In this document: positions 19,475 to 26,846 of the stretch, piece by piece | How the letters are laid out: the number at the start of each line of letters is the position of its first letter | Position numbering within the stretch: position 1 is the stretch's first letter | Virus record (IMG/VR): IMGVR_UViG_3300027906_000002 | Span: 32,001 to 96,000 of that record | Direction: 5' to 3' (one strand) | Origin: a virus | DNA: 64,000 nt | Notes under the pieces: model-generated | Told to the model about the DNA's origin: nothing | Seen by the model: only the letters and a program-made list of their open reading frames with translations | Databases searched by the model: none | Translations under genes and position numbers: made by a program

Positions 19475-20806
19475 ATGTCAGAATTTTCATCAAGACTCTT
19501 ATCAGCAACGACCATTAATGTAAGTGGTATGGTAACTGGTACTAAAGGAATCCAAGTTCCTTCAGTTACCACTGCTAACCGACCAAGTGGGATGACTGGA
19601 TCTCACTCTGGTGCATTGATATATGATAACGAGAAAGAAACCTTATGTGTATGGTCAGGTAGTTCTTGGATTGAGGTGGGAAGAGCAGTTGATGTGTTAC
19701 CTACATGGACTGAATCATCTAAACCATCAACTAATCTAGAAAATGGTTTGATTGGGTATAATACAGATAACGAAGAAATAGAAATATATTTTGATCCAGG
19801 CGATCCAGGAGATAATGAGGAAGAGGAGGAAGCAGGTTGGATCACACCATTTAGCGGTGGTTCTGGTGGTAAACTATTTGACTTCTCAACATTTACATTC
19901 AAATCCATTGTAGGTAGAGGAAGTCATCAAGGTCCTAATGAGAGTCAAATGACCTCAACATACGGTGGGCAACCTTGGAATGATGGTACTAATTTTGGTC
20001 AAGGAACTTATCAAGGTTATCAACTCTGGACTGTTCCTGAAAATGCTAATTATCAGATAGAAGTAGGTGGAGCAAGAGGAGGAAGAGACTATAACTATGG
20101 GTATACTGATTATTGGGGTGCTAAGGTTACAGGTACATTCTCATTAAGTAAGGGAGATCAATTAGAAATGGTAGTTGGTGTTGGTGGTAACCAATACTAT
20201 TCACCTCATGGTAATGAGGCAGGTGGAGGTGGTGGATCATTTGTTAAGAACGCTACATCAAATCAACCTTTAATTATTGCTGGTGGTGCTGGTGGATCAC
20301 CTAGTAATAACTGGGGATGGTCATGTGGAAGATCATCATCATGGGCAAACGGTCAATCTGCTGAATATAGTGGAAGACCACAATGTCATAACAACCCTTC
20401 CCAGGCAAGTCCTGGATATGGTGGAAATACTAGTGGTGGATATATGGGTGGTGCTGGTGGTGGATACTTGACTGGTGGTTCAAATGGTGGTGGTCATTGT
20501 TGTACTGCTTACGGTGGTCAAGGATTTAATCAAGGTATGGTAGGTGGAGATGGTAACTGTTGCTATGGATCAGGAAATAAAGGTGGATTTGGTGGAGGTG
20601 GTGGAGGACAACTATCTGGACCAGGTGGTGGTGGAGGATGGACTGGAGGTTGTACTTCAGGTCAATGGTCTTCTTACTCTACTGGTGGAGGTGGAGGTGG
20701 TTCATATAATGCTGGAACCAGTACCACTAATCAACAAGGTGGTAATACTTCAAACGAAGCAAGCACGTATACTGGAGACGGATATATTAAGATAACCAAA
20801 CAATAA
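19475..20806 (+). CDS. Glycine-rich adhesin-like protein 4
   Basis: Paralogue of 16203-17495 with the same domain order and the same C-terminus 'GYIKITKQ'. Confidence 0.72.
   Translation: MSEFSSRLLSATTINVSGMVTGTKGIQVPSVTTANRPSGMTGSHSGALIYDNEKETLCVWSGSSWIEVGRAVDVLPTWTESSKPSTNLENGLIGYNTDNEEIEIYFDPGDPGDNEEEEEAGWITPFSGGSGGKLFDFSTFTFKSIVGRGSHQGPNESQMTSTYGGQPWNDGTNFGQGTYQGYQLWTVPENANYQIEVGGARGGRDYNYGYTDYWGAKVTGTFSLSKGDQLEMVVGVGGNQYYSPHGNEAGGGGGSFVKNATSNQPLIIAGGAGGSPSNNWGWSCGRSSSWANGQSAEYSGRPQCHNNPSQASPGYGGNTSGGYMGGAGGGYLTGGSNGGGHCCTAYGGQGFNQGMVGGDGNCCYGSGNKGGFGGGGGGQLSGPGGGGGWTGGCTSGQWSSYSTGGGGGGSYNAGTSTTNQQGGNTSNEASTYTGDGYIKITKQ
20167..20211 (+). repeat. 45 bp exact direct repeat, copy 2
   Basis: Identical to 16850-16894. 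Confidence 0.9.
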
Positions 20807-20807
20807 A

Positions 20808-20849
20808 CTGTCACATCTATAGACAAAGAGGGTAACTATCTGCTATACT
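20808..20849 (+). promoter_or_regulatory. Early sigma70-type promoter with a palindrome half-site
   Basis: CTGTCACA (20808-15), TAGACA (20820-25), 18 nt, TG-c-TATACT (20844-49). Marks the start of the early block. Confidence 0.7.
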
Positions 20850-20871
20850 AGCGAAGTATTAGAGCAGAAAG

Positions 20872-21105
20872 ATGCCCTCATTTTATTTACAATCCATTGA
20901 TGATAATGGAGCAACGACAACGAAATCATTTGAATCAAGTTATCTCGATGAGGTAGTAGAGAATATAGATGATTTTCTTAGAGGTTCTGGATTTGCCTAT
21001 GATGAGTTGCAACTTATTAAAAGTTCTACTTCTGATGAAACAACTAAGTCATTTCTAAGGGAACAGGTAAATGAGTATCGGAGAACACAGTCATCAGTTG
21101 ACTAA
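20872..21105 (+). CDS. Hypothetical protein, 77 aa
   Basis: Track ORF directly after the early promoter. Confidence 0.75.
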   Translation: MPSFYLQSIDDNGATTTKSFESSYLDEVVENIDDFLRGSGFAYDELQLIKSSTSDETTKSFLREQVNEYRRTQSSVD

Positions 21106-21150
21106 TCTGCATACATAAATTGTAGTCTATTAAATTGCACAGACAAACTC

Positions 21151-21330
21151 ATGGGTAAGACTTATAGGCGTGGTGGTGCTGAAAGAGGTTATTCCTCACC
21201 AGGTAAATCACTACGAGATAAGAGACAACGGGGTACAAACAGATCCGAATTTAGAGAAGGTAGTAATGACAATTATAAGAACAAAATTAAACCTAAAAAT
21301 GACTATGAGGATCAACAACAATGGACTTAG
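21151..21330 (+). CDS. Basic hypothetical protein, 59 aa (not in track)
   Basis: MGKTYRRGGAERGYSSPGKSLRDKRQRG...EDQQQWT. Confidence 0.65.
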   Translation: MGKTYRRGGAERGYSSPGKSLRDKRQRGTNRSEFREGSNDNYKNKIKPKNDYEDQQQWT

Positions 21331-21470
21331 ACAAAAATAAAATACCAGGAGTTGATGTATCAAATCAATCACCTGGTTTGTTACCTGAATCATTTTATGA
21401 TGATGATGACTTAGAGTATGATGATGCTTCACTAGATGGAGTAGAAATAGAATACACAACATCATTGTAA
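21321..21470 (+). CDS. Acidic hypothetical protein, 49 aa (not in track)
   Basis: MDLDKNKIPGVDVSNQSPGLLPESFYDDDDLEYDDASLDGVEIEYTTSL; TAATG coupling. Confidence 0.6.
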   Translation: MDLDKNKIPGVDVSNQSPGLLPESFYDDDDLEYDDASLDGVEIEYTTSL

Positions 21471-21775
21471 TGGAAGACACTAAACAGGAAAAATGGGAAC
21501 GTGGTAAGACTCTTATGCTAGAGTCTTTACATAAACCTGATGACAGATTGAGAGGATGTGCTCACAATCAAAAGTGCTATCACGAATTACTTGAAATAAG
21601 AGATCAAGTAATTGAAATGGTAAGAGGGATACCTAATCCTCATGCAGAAGCATTAGCATTTGGTAAGGTTAATTCACTTCCAAATCCTACAGTCACAACA
21701 CCTAACGGTGATATTAGTGAAACTTTAATGAGTGGAGCATTGGGTGATTATTATGCAGATAAGAGGGAGTATTAA
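21470..21775 (+). CDS. Hypothetical protein, 101 aa
   Basis: Track ORF in a coupled series. Confidence 0.75.
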   Translation: MEDTKQEKWERGKTLMLESLHKPDDRLRGCAHNQKCYHELLEIRDQVIEMVRGIPNPHAEALAFGKVNSLPNPTVTTPNGDISETLMSGALGDYYADKREY

Positions 21776-21777
21776 TA

Positions 21778-21975
21778 ATGAATATTGATTTGCCTGAATG
21801 TATATTATTAAATGATAGTGAGAAGCAACTACTAAAGGATGCTTTCTTATCATACATGAAGGAACTAGAGATAAAGACAAAGAAAGAGAAAATGTTAACT
21901 GCTGAAGCATATCAGGAGGTTAGATATCAACTTGAGGATATGATACAGAAATTACATTTAGGGTATGGCAGTTAA
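21778..21975 (+). CDS. Hypothetical protein, 65 aa
   Basis: Track ORF with GGAG RBS. Confidence 0.7.
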   Translation: MNIDLPECILLNDSEKQLLKDAFLSYMKELEIKTKKEKMLTAEAYQEVRYQLEDMIQKLHLGYGS

Positions 21976-22022
21976 CTAAGTGGCACATGACCTCATGTCA
22001 TCACATGGGGTTCATGTATAAT
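21964..22022 (+). promoter_or_regulatory. Early promoter with 24 bp palindromic element
   Basis: TATGGCAG-ttaactaa-GTGGCACA (21964-87); TG-TATAAT (22017-22). Confidence 0.8.
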
Positions 22023-22028
22023 AGTATT

Positions 22029-22637
22029 ATGAAATTACAATTCCCACCTAAACTCGTTGAGGCAGTTCATTACCTCAATCAATTAACCATTCAAGTGAGT
22101 GAATCACATGAGGATGGTAGAGTTAATAGTATTGATGATGAAGATACTATTATAGATCTTCTCATTGAAAGATATGGTGATAATGTAGAAAAACCTAAAG
22201 CAAGATGTTGGTGGGATCTTAAACTATTTGGATACCCTACTAATATTAAATCATCTAAGTTTGGAAGTGCAGCAGATAATTTCTCATCTAAAGCAGCAAT
22301 ATTATATGCACTAACTGATATTCCAGAGGAGGATGTTACATGTACATCATGGAAGAGTTTTCAAACTAAACTAAAAGAGAACTCATCACAATCAACACCA
22401 AGAGATTATTATATAATTGTACTCAATAAGGTAACTGGTGTTGTATATTTACAATCACTCAAATCATTGAGTAAACTAACATCTAATGGTAATAACCTAC
22501 CATTTCAGATTAAGTGGAGAGATAATATACATCCTGTACAAAGAGACTATTTACAATCATATGATTTTCTGGTAGAATACTACAAGGAATCAGTACGCAA
22601 GAAAATTACATCACATGATGGATTTGAAGAACTGTAA
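22029..22637 (+). CDS. Putative Type II restriction endonuclease (PD-(D/E)XK-like)
   Basis: ATG 22029 follows the -10 box (the track start 21987 lies upstream of the promoter). Acidic helix 'SIDDEDTI' plus 'WWDL...PTNIKSS' D...x-I-K pattern; overlaps a methyltransferase gene. Confidence 0.55.
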   Translation: MKLQFPPKLVEAVHYLNQLTIQVSESHEDGRVNSIDDEDTIIDLLIERYGDNVEKPKARCWWDLKLFGYPTNIKSSKFGSAADNFSSKAAILYALTDIPEEDVTCTSWKSFQTKLKENSSQSTPRDYYIIVLNKVTGVVYLQSLKSLSKLTSNGNNLPFQIKWRDNIHPVQRDYLQSYDFLVEYYKESVRKKITSHDGFEEL

Positions 22638-23391
22638 ATTACACCAAGGCGATTGTTTAGAATTAATGAAGGAGATACCAGATGAGTCTATTGACTTTAT
22701 CTGTTGTGATCCACCATACGGTACTACATCTATTAAATGGGATTCAGTCCTAGATTATAATAAATTGTGGGAACAATATGGTAGGATAATTAAACCTAAA
22801 GGTATTATATGTTTGTTTGGTTCTCAACCATTTACATCTCAATTAATATGTTCTAAGATAGATTGGTTTAGGTATGAGATTATATGGAATAAGAATAAGT
22901 GTGGATCACCAGGTCTTGCAAAGAAGAGACCAATGAAAGTGCATGAGAATATATTAATATTCTATAAAAATGCTGGTGGTACATATAATCCTCAAATGAC
23001 TAAAGGAGAACCATTTAAAAGAGTGAGTAAGAACCCAGAAGGTTATGTAGGTAAGAAGAATGACCACAATTATGGTATGAAACCACGCAAAGAGTTTGAG
23101 AATAAGGGTACAAGATATCCTAAATCAATTGTTAACATCTCTAGAGATTTTAGTGCTCAACAACAGGTACATCCAACACAGAAACCAGTACCATTAATGG
23201 AGTGGTTAATTAAAACATACTCCAATGAAGGTGAAACTGTATTAGATAATTGTATGGGTTCAGGTTCAACTGGAGTAGCAGCAATTAAATTAAATAGATC
23301 TTTCATAGGTATTGACACATCACCAGAATATGTTAGAATATCTAATGAAAGAATCGAATCAATCCCACTAGATTTAACTAAAATACTATGA
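22615..23391 (+). CDS. DNA N6-adenine/N4-cytosine methyltransferase (beta class)
   Basis: Motif IV 'CCDPPYG', 'HPTQKPVPLMEWLI', motif I 'VLDNCMGSGSTG'. Confidence 0.93.
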   Translation: MMDLKNCKLHQGDCLELMKEIPDESIDFICCDPPYGTTSIKWDSVLDYNKLWEQYGRIIKPKGIICLFGSQPFTSQLICSKIDWFRYEIIWNKNKCGSPGLAKKRPMKVHENILIFYKNAGGTYNPQMTKGEPFKRVSKNPEGYVGKKNDHNYGMKPRKEFENKGTRYPKSIVNISRDFSAQQQVHPTQKPVPLMEWLIKTYSNEGETVLDNCMGSGSTGVAAIKLNRSFIGIDTSPEYVRISNERIESIPLDLTKIL

Positions 23392-24581
23392 ATACAGATA
23401 TGACTGGATTACATGAAGAATTTGGTGTAGATATACCAACAGCACCAGAGATTGATCCTAACCAATGTTTCAATGAAGAGTTATTAAAGTCTTTTAAAGA
23501 TACAATAGATCAACAACCTCATTTACATGTTAATACTATACTGGGTAGTTATGCTACAGTTGTACCAGATAGTAACAATCAAATTTATCCTCAATTAATA
23601 TGGATTGATGAGATACATGATTTAGAGTCAATTAGGAATACTATAACAGGAGAAGTGAGACCAAGAGGATGGCAAATAAGAGATGGAGAAGATGTTAACG
23701 AAGATTGTGTTAATGATTATCATCAAGATATAGTTAATAAGGAATGGGTTCCTACACACATGTGTGGTTGTGTATTTGAATTGGAAGATGGGTGGTATAG
23801 TGTATCAAGTAGAGGTGTAAAACGTAAGTATGGTGTTGCTAATTTACATCATAGATTAAAAGCAGCAGCAGAAGCAGGTGAAGATTATATTATTGCATGG
23901 GTAATAAAATTTAAAGATCTTAGATTATTAGCAGAGTGGGCATGTGCTGAAGCAAATAGGAATAAGTATACTTCTAATCCTAGAAAAGATAATGATATTG
24001 TTAGAGCAATTCAAGAGCAATTAACATGGGAGTCAGAACTTAAGATTGCATTAGATAATGCTGAAGAAGATGGAGAAGAGAAAACAAAAATAATAGTTAA
24101 CAAACTTAAATTATTTCATCTTCATGGAAATACTATCAATGGTTTAGTTAGAAAGTTAGAAAGTGTCGGTGTATTTACAGGAGATAGGAGAAGAAGAAGT
24201 GCAGAAGATATTGATAAATGGTTTGAAGATAATTTACCTAGTTGGAAGAAAACAGGTCAAAATGAATATTTAAATGACCAAGGTGTAACAGTTAAAGTTG
24301 TACAAAATATGGGTAACAATCATTTTGCAACTGCTGGTTATCTTGCAGATCAGATACTTGCTGATATCCCACATATAATAATTACTTCTGATAGTTCAGG
24401 TAAAGAAAAACTTCCAACTGATGTATTACAATACAGAAAAGGACATTTAAGTGATGCTTATAAACATATTGATAAGATGGGTGAAGTAAGAGATCTACTT
24501 AGATCAGGTAAAGCACGATTAGCAACACAATATAATCTTCCTGGATTAAATAATGAAGATACATTAATCTACATTCCATAA
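23388..24581 (+). CDS. ParB/Srx-like domain protein
   Basis: 'YGVANLHHRLKAAAEAGEDYIIAWV' resembles the ParB/Srx (G)xHR-x2-A-A motif; ATGA overlap with the methyltransferase. Confidence 0.5.
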   Translation: MNTDMTGLHEEFGVDIPTAPEIDPNQCFNEELLKSFKDTIDQQPHLHVNTILGSYATVVPDSNNQIYPQLIWIDEIHDLESIRNTITGEVRPRGWQIRDGEDVNEDCVNDYHQDIVNKEWVPTHMCGCVFELEDGWYSVSSRGVKRKYGVANLHHRLKAAAEAGEDYIIAWVIKFKDLRLLAEWACAEANRNKYTSNPRKDNDIVRAIQEQLTWESELKIALDNAEEDGEEKTKIIVNKLKLFHLHGNTINGLVRKLESVGVFTGDRRRRSAEDIDKWFEDNLPSWKKTGQNEYLNDQGVTVKVVQNMGNNHFATAGYLADQILADIPHIIITSDSSGKEKLPTDVLQYRKGHLSDAYKHIDKMGEVRDLLRSGKARLATQYNLPGLNNEDTLIYIP

Positions 24582-24640
24582 TGTGACACCTAACATAGTG
24601 TCACAGTAAACTACCATTTCATTCTATACTATAGTATATT
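24582..24640 (+). promoter_or_regulatory. Early promoter with perfect 24 bp palindromic element
   Basis: TGTGACAC-ctaacata-GTGTCACA (24582-605); -10 candidates TATACT 24625, TATAGT 24630, TATATT 24635. Confidence 0.8.
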
Positions 24641-24646
24641 AACAAT

Positions 24647-24847
24647 ATGAGAAAATTCTTTTCTCCCGATCAACAAATCAAGTTGATTAAAAATGCTTTG
24701 AAAAAAGCAGAACAAGGTTCCGTTCTTTATAATGATGATGAACTCATCAAATTAAAGACATCACTTAATAAATTGCGTGATGAGAAGGAACAAACTAGGA
24801 AACTACTCAACCGAGGATTTGGTTATGACAAAGAAACTAACAGTTGA
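24647..24847 (+). CDS. Hypothetical protein, 66 aa
   Basis: Track ORF directly after the promoter. Confidence 0.75.
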   Translation: MRKFFSPDQQIKLIKNALKKAEQGSVLYNDDELIKLKTSLNKLRDEKEQTRKLLNRGFGYDKETNS

Positions 24848-24953
24848 TTACGATCAAAAGTATGACAATTGTCAGGAAAATGAGGATGATTGGGTATCAT
24901 CAGTTATAGGAACTGAAGATGATGCAATCTATGACATTCTGGATCAATTATGA
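24825..24953 (+). CDS. Acidic hypothetical protein, 42 aa (not in track)
   Basis: MTKKLTVDYDQKYDNCQENEDDWVSSVIGTEDDAIYDILDQL; GAGGA RBS, ATGA overlap. Confidence 0.6.
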   Translation: MTKKLTVDYDQKYDNCQENEDDWVSSVIGTEDDAIYDILDQL

Positions 24954-25318
24954 ATACTTGGGAAGTCACATTACAACGTGAAAATGGTATCAACAAGACA
25001 GTAATTGTTGATGATTGTATGTATGAAAGTGAAGCAGAATTGCTTGCTGAATCACAATATGGACTTCCAGTTTTAAAAGTATTATATAAAGGACAATCAG
25101 ATGTTTGGGGTATGAGTAATAAAGATGGTAATGATTACATTTGGTATGATTTACCTAGACGGAGAGCAAGAGGGGGAAAAAATGTAGATATAGATGGTCT
25201 ATTTGGAGTGATGATGATTATACCTGCACTTGCCACACTTGTTATTATTATTGAGTATTGGTTACCAATACTTATTATTACATGTGGTGTAGGTGCATTT
25301 ATGTCATTCAAGAAATAG
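24950..25318 (+). CDS. Hypothetical protein with hydrophobic C-terminal segments
   Basis: 122 aa, ends 'LFGVMMIIPALATLVIIIEYWLPILIITCGVGAFMSFKK'. Confidence 0.7.
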   Translation: MNTWEVTLQRENGINKTVIVDDCMYESEAELLAESQYGLPVLKVLYKGQSDVWGMSNKDGNDYIWYDLPRRRARGGKNVDIDGLFGVMMIIPALATLVIIIEYWLPILIITCGVGAFMSFKK

Positions 25319-25363
25319 GCATTTATATTTGTTAACTTAAGGTGTTCAATTCATCACAAATGT

Positions 25364-25371
25364 TATAAATA
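25364..25371 (+). promoter_or_regulatory. T4-type late promoter inside the early block
   Basis: Perfect TATAAATA in an intergenic region. Confidence 0.65.
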
Positions 25372-25396
25372 ATGATAGTCACCGAAAGGTACAGTT

Positions 25397-25455
25397 AGGA
25401 GTAACAAGATGCACTGAAACCTCATTTATTATGAGTTTAATGTATACAAGGAGGT
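25397..25455 (+). promoter_or_regulatory. Leader with SD-preceded minimal uORF (ATG-CAC-TGA) and hairpin before a strong SD
   Basis: AGGAG 25397-401, ATG CAC TGA 25409-17, hairpin CTCAT/ATGAG 25421-35, AAGGAGGT 25448-55. Confidence 0.5.
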
Positions 25456-25459
25456 CTAA

Positions 25460-25624
25460 TTGTCCAACAGTTTAATTTCATTCAATCAAATGGCATTTTG
25501 GAAACATGGAACAGATGATACTTCTCAAGATGAGAAGATAGATGAGTACTTTGAATGTCTAATTGATTGCGATACAAACGACCAAAATAGTTGTAGGAGG
25601 GTATGTTCAGAGTTATTAGTTTAA
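25460..25624 (+). CDS. Small twin-Cx3C protein, 54 aa (not in track)
   Basis: TTG start after AAGGAGGT; MSNSLISFNQMAFWK...DEYFECLIDCDTNDQNSCRRVCSELLV. Confidence 0.8.
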   Translation: MSNSLISFNQMAFWKHGTDDTSQDEKIDEYFECLIDCDTNDQNSCRRVCSELLV

Positions 25625-25648
25625 GGGACAATTAACAACAATTAAGTT

Positions 25649-25676
25649 AAAAGAGGGTTGCAAAACCCTCTTTTTT
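25649..25676 (+). terminator. Intrinsic terminator overlapping the next promoter's -35
   Basis: AAAAGAGGGTT-gcaa-AACCCTCTTTTTT. Confidence 0.8.
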
Positions 25677-25686
25677 AATGTATAAT
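25658..25686 (+). promoter_or_regulatory. Early sigma70 promoter
   Basis: TTGCAA-17 nt-TATAAT with TG extension. Confidence 0.8.
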
Positions 25687-25692
25687 AGGTAC

Positions 25693-26661
25693 ATGAAAGA
25701 TACTATTCTATTTGGAGATTGTCGTAAGACGTTATCAGCGTTCTTACCAAATAGTGCTCGTATGTGTGTAACATCACCACCATATTACGGACTAAGAGAT
25801 TATGGTGGAGAAGATAATCAAATAGGATTAGAACAATCACCAGAAGAATATGTTAACGAGATGGTGAAAGTATTCAGAGAAGTTAGAAATATATTGACTG
25901 ATGATGGAACACTATGGTTAAACATAGGTGATAGTTATTACAACTATCGTCCTGGTAAGGGTGCTAATTACCCTAAGCAAAGTGTTAGTGAGACTAGACA
26001 AGATCTACCCACTAATAGTAACAAACGTGCTAACAAATTAGAGGGACTAAAAGAGAAGGATCTAATTGGTATTCCTTGGATGTTAGCATTTGCATTAAGA
26101 GCAGATGGATGGTACTTAAGGCAAGATATTATATGGCATAAACCTAATCCAATGCCTGAAAGTGTGCGTGATAGATGTACTAAAGCACATGAATATATCT
26201 TCTTGTTGAGTAAGAATAAGCATTACTATTATGATAATGAGAGTATAAAAGAACCTGCTAAAGATTGGGGTACTCGTGATAGATCTAAGGGGAAATATCA
26301 CAATGAAGGTACAGGTTTATCACCTCATACTGGTCTCACTAAATCATATCCAACAAAGAACAAACGTAGTGTATGGAGTATAACTAAGAGACCATATAAG
26401 GGTGCTCATTTTGCTACTTTCCCACCTGAATTAATCACACCATGTATACTTGCAGGTTCAGCACTAAATGATACTATCCTCGACCCATTTATGGGTAGTG
26501 GTACAACAGCAGCAGTGGCAAAATCATTAGGTAGGTATTACATAGGGTGTGAATTACATGAGGATTATGGTCATTTAATAGAGGAGAGAGTACGAGAATA
26601 CCATGTGACACCTGACAAAGAGGCACACAACCCACTGACAACACTGCTGAATGATGTATAA
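25693..26661 (+). CDS. DNA N4-cytosine/N6-adenine methyltransferase (beta class), solitary
   Basis: Motif IV 'VTSPPYYG', 'HFATFPPELI', motif I 'ILDPFMGSGTT'; ATG 25693 follows the -10 box. Confidence 0.93.
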   Translation: MKDTILFGDCRKTLSAFLPNSARMCVTSPPYYGLRDYGGEDNQIGLEQSPEEYVNEMVKVFREVRNILTDDGTLWLNIGDSYYNYRPGKGANYPKQSVSETRQDLPTNSNKRANKLEGLKEKDLIGIPWMLAFALRADGWYLRQDIIWHKPNPMPESVRDRCTKAHEYIFLLSKNKHYYYDNESIKEPAKDWGTRDRSKGKYHNEGTGLSPHTGLTKSYPTKNKRSVWSITKRPYKGAHFATFPPELITPCILAGSALNDTILDPFMGSGTTAAVAKSLGRYYIGCELHEDYGHLIEERVREYHVTPDKEAHNPLTTLLNDV

Positions 26662-26662
26662 T
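26604..26662 (+). promoter_or_regulatory. Early promoter with 24 bp palindromic element, inside the methyltransferase 3' end
   Basis: TGTGACAC-ctgacaaa-GAGGCACA (26604-27); TG-TATAAT (26657-62). Confidence 0.78.
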
Positions 26663-26668
26663 AGATAT

Positions 26669-26825
26669 GTTGAGAGATCACTAGGTTTCCAACTACTAAG
26701 ACATCAGGCATCCGTAAGACTTTCAAGGTTGCGTTCAATCGCATTTAAGTCGAACTTAAGCAAACATAAGTCCTGTGAATCTTAGACATGATGTTAGAGT
26801 AATTTACTTACCCTAGTCTCTCAAC
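26669..26825 (+). ncRNA. Predicted ~157 nt structured RNA (sRNA or 5' leader)
   Basis: Starts at the expected +1 of the promoter. 5' GTTGAGAGA/CTAGG pairs with 3' CCTAG/TCTCTCAAC, with nested internal helices; followed by a T-run; no ORF. Confidence 0.7.
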
Positions 26826-26846
26826 TTTTTTCTTTGATCTAACTAC

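Noticed and set aside
15690-20795. Alternative-frame + strand ORFs rich in Val/Glu/Asp inside the glycine-rich genes (15690, 16858, 17230, 20277, 20544)
   Set aside because: Frameshift shadows of GGT/GGA codon runs, with no RBS or motifs.
16203-20806. Diversity-generating retroelement (template/variable repeat) explanation for the adhesin paralogues
   Set aside because: No reverse transcriptase in the window, both copies are full genes, and the differences are not confined to adenines.
24863-24874. Perfect 12 bp palindrome TGACAATTGTCA
   Set aside because: Single copy inside a coding region with no promoter geometry; expected by chance in 64 kb of AT-rich DNA.
25343-25358. TGTT-N8-CACA as a degenerate NtcA box
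   Set aside because: Two mismatches to GTA-N8-TAC and no -10 element at the usual 22-23 nt distance.
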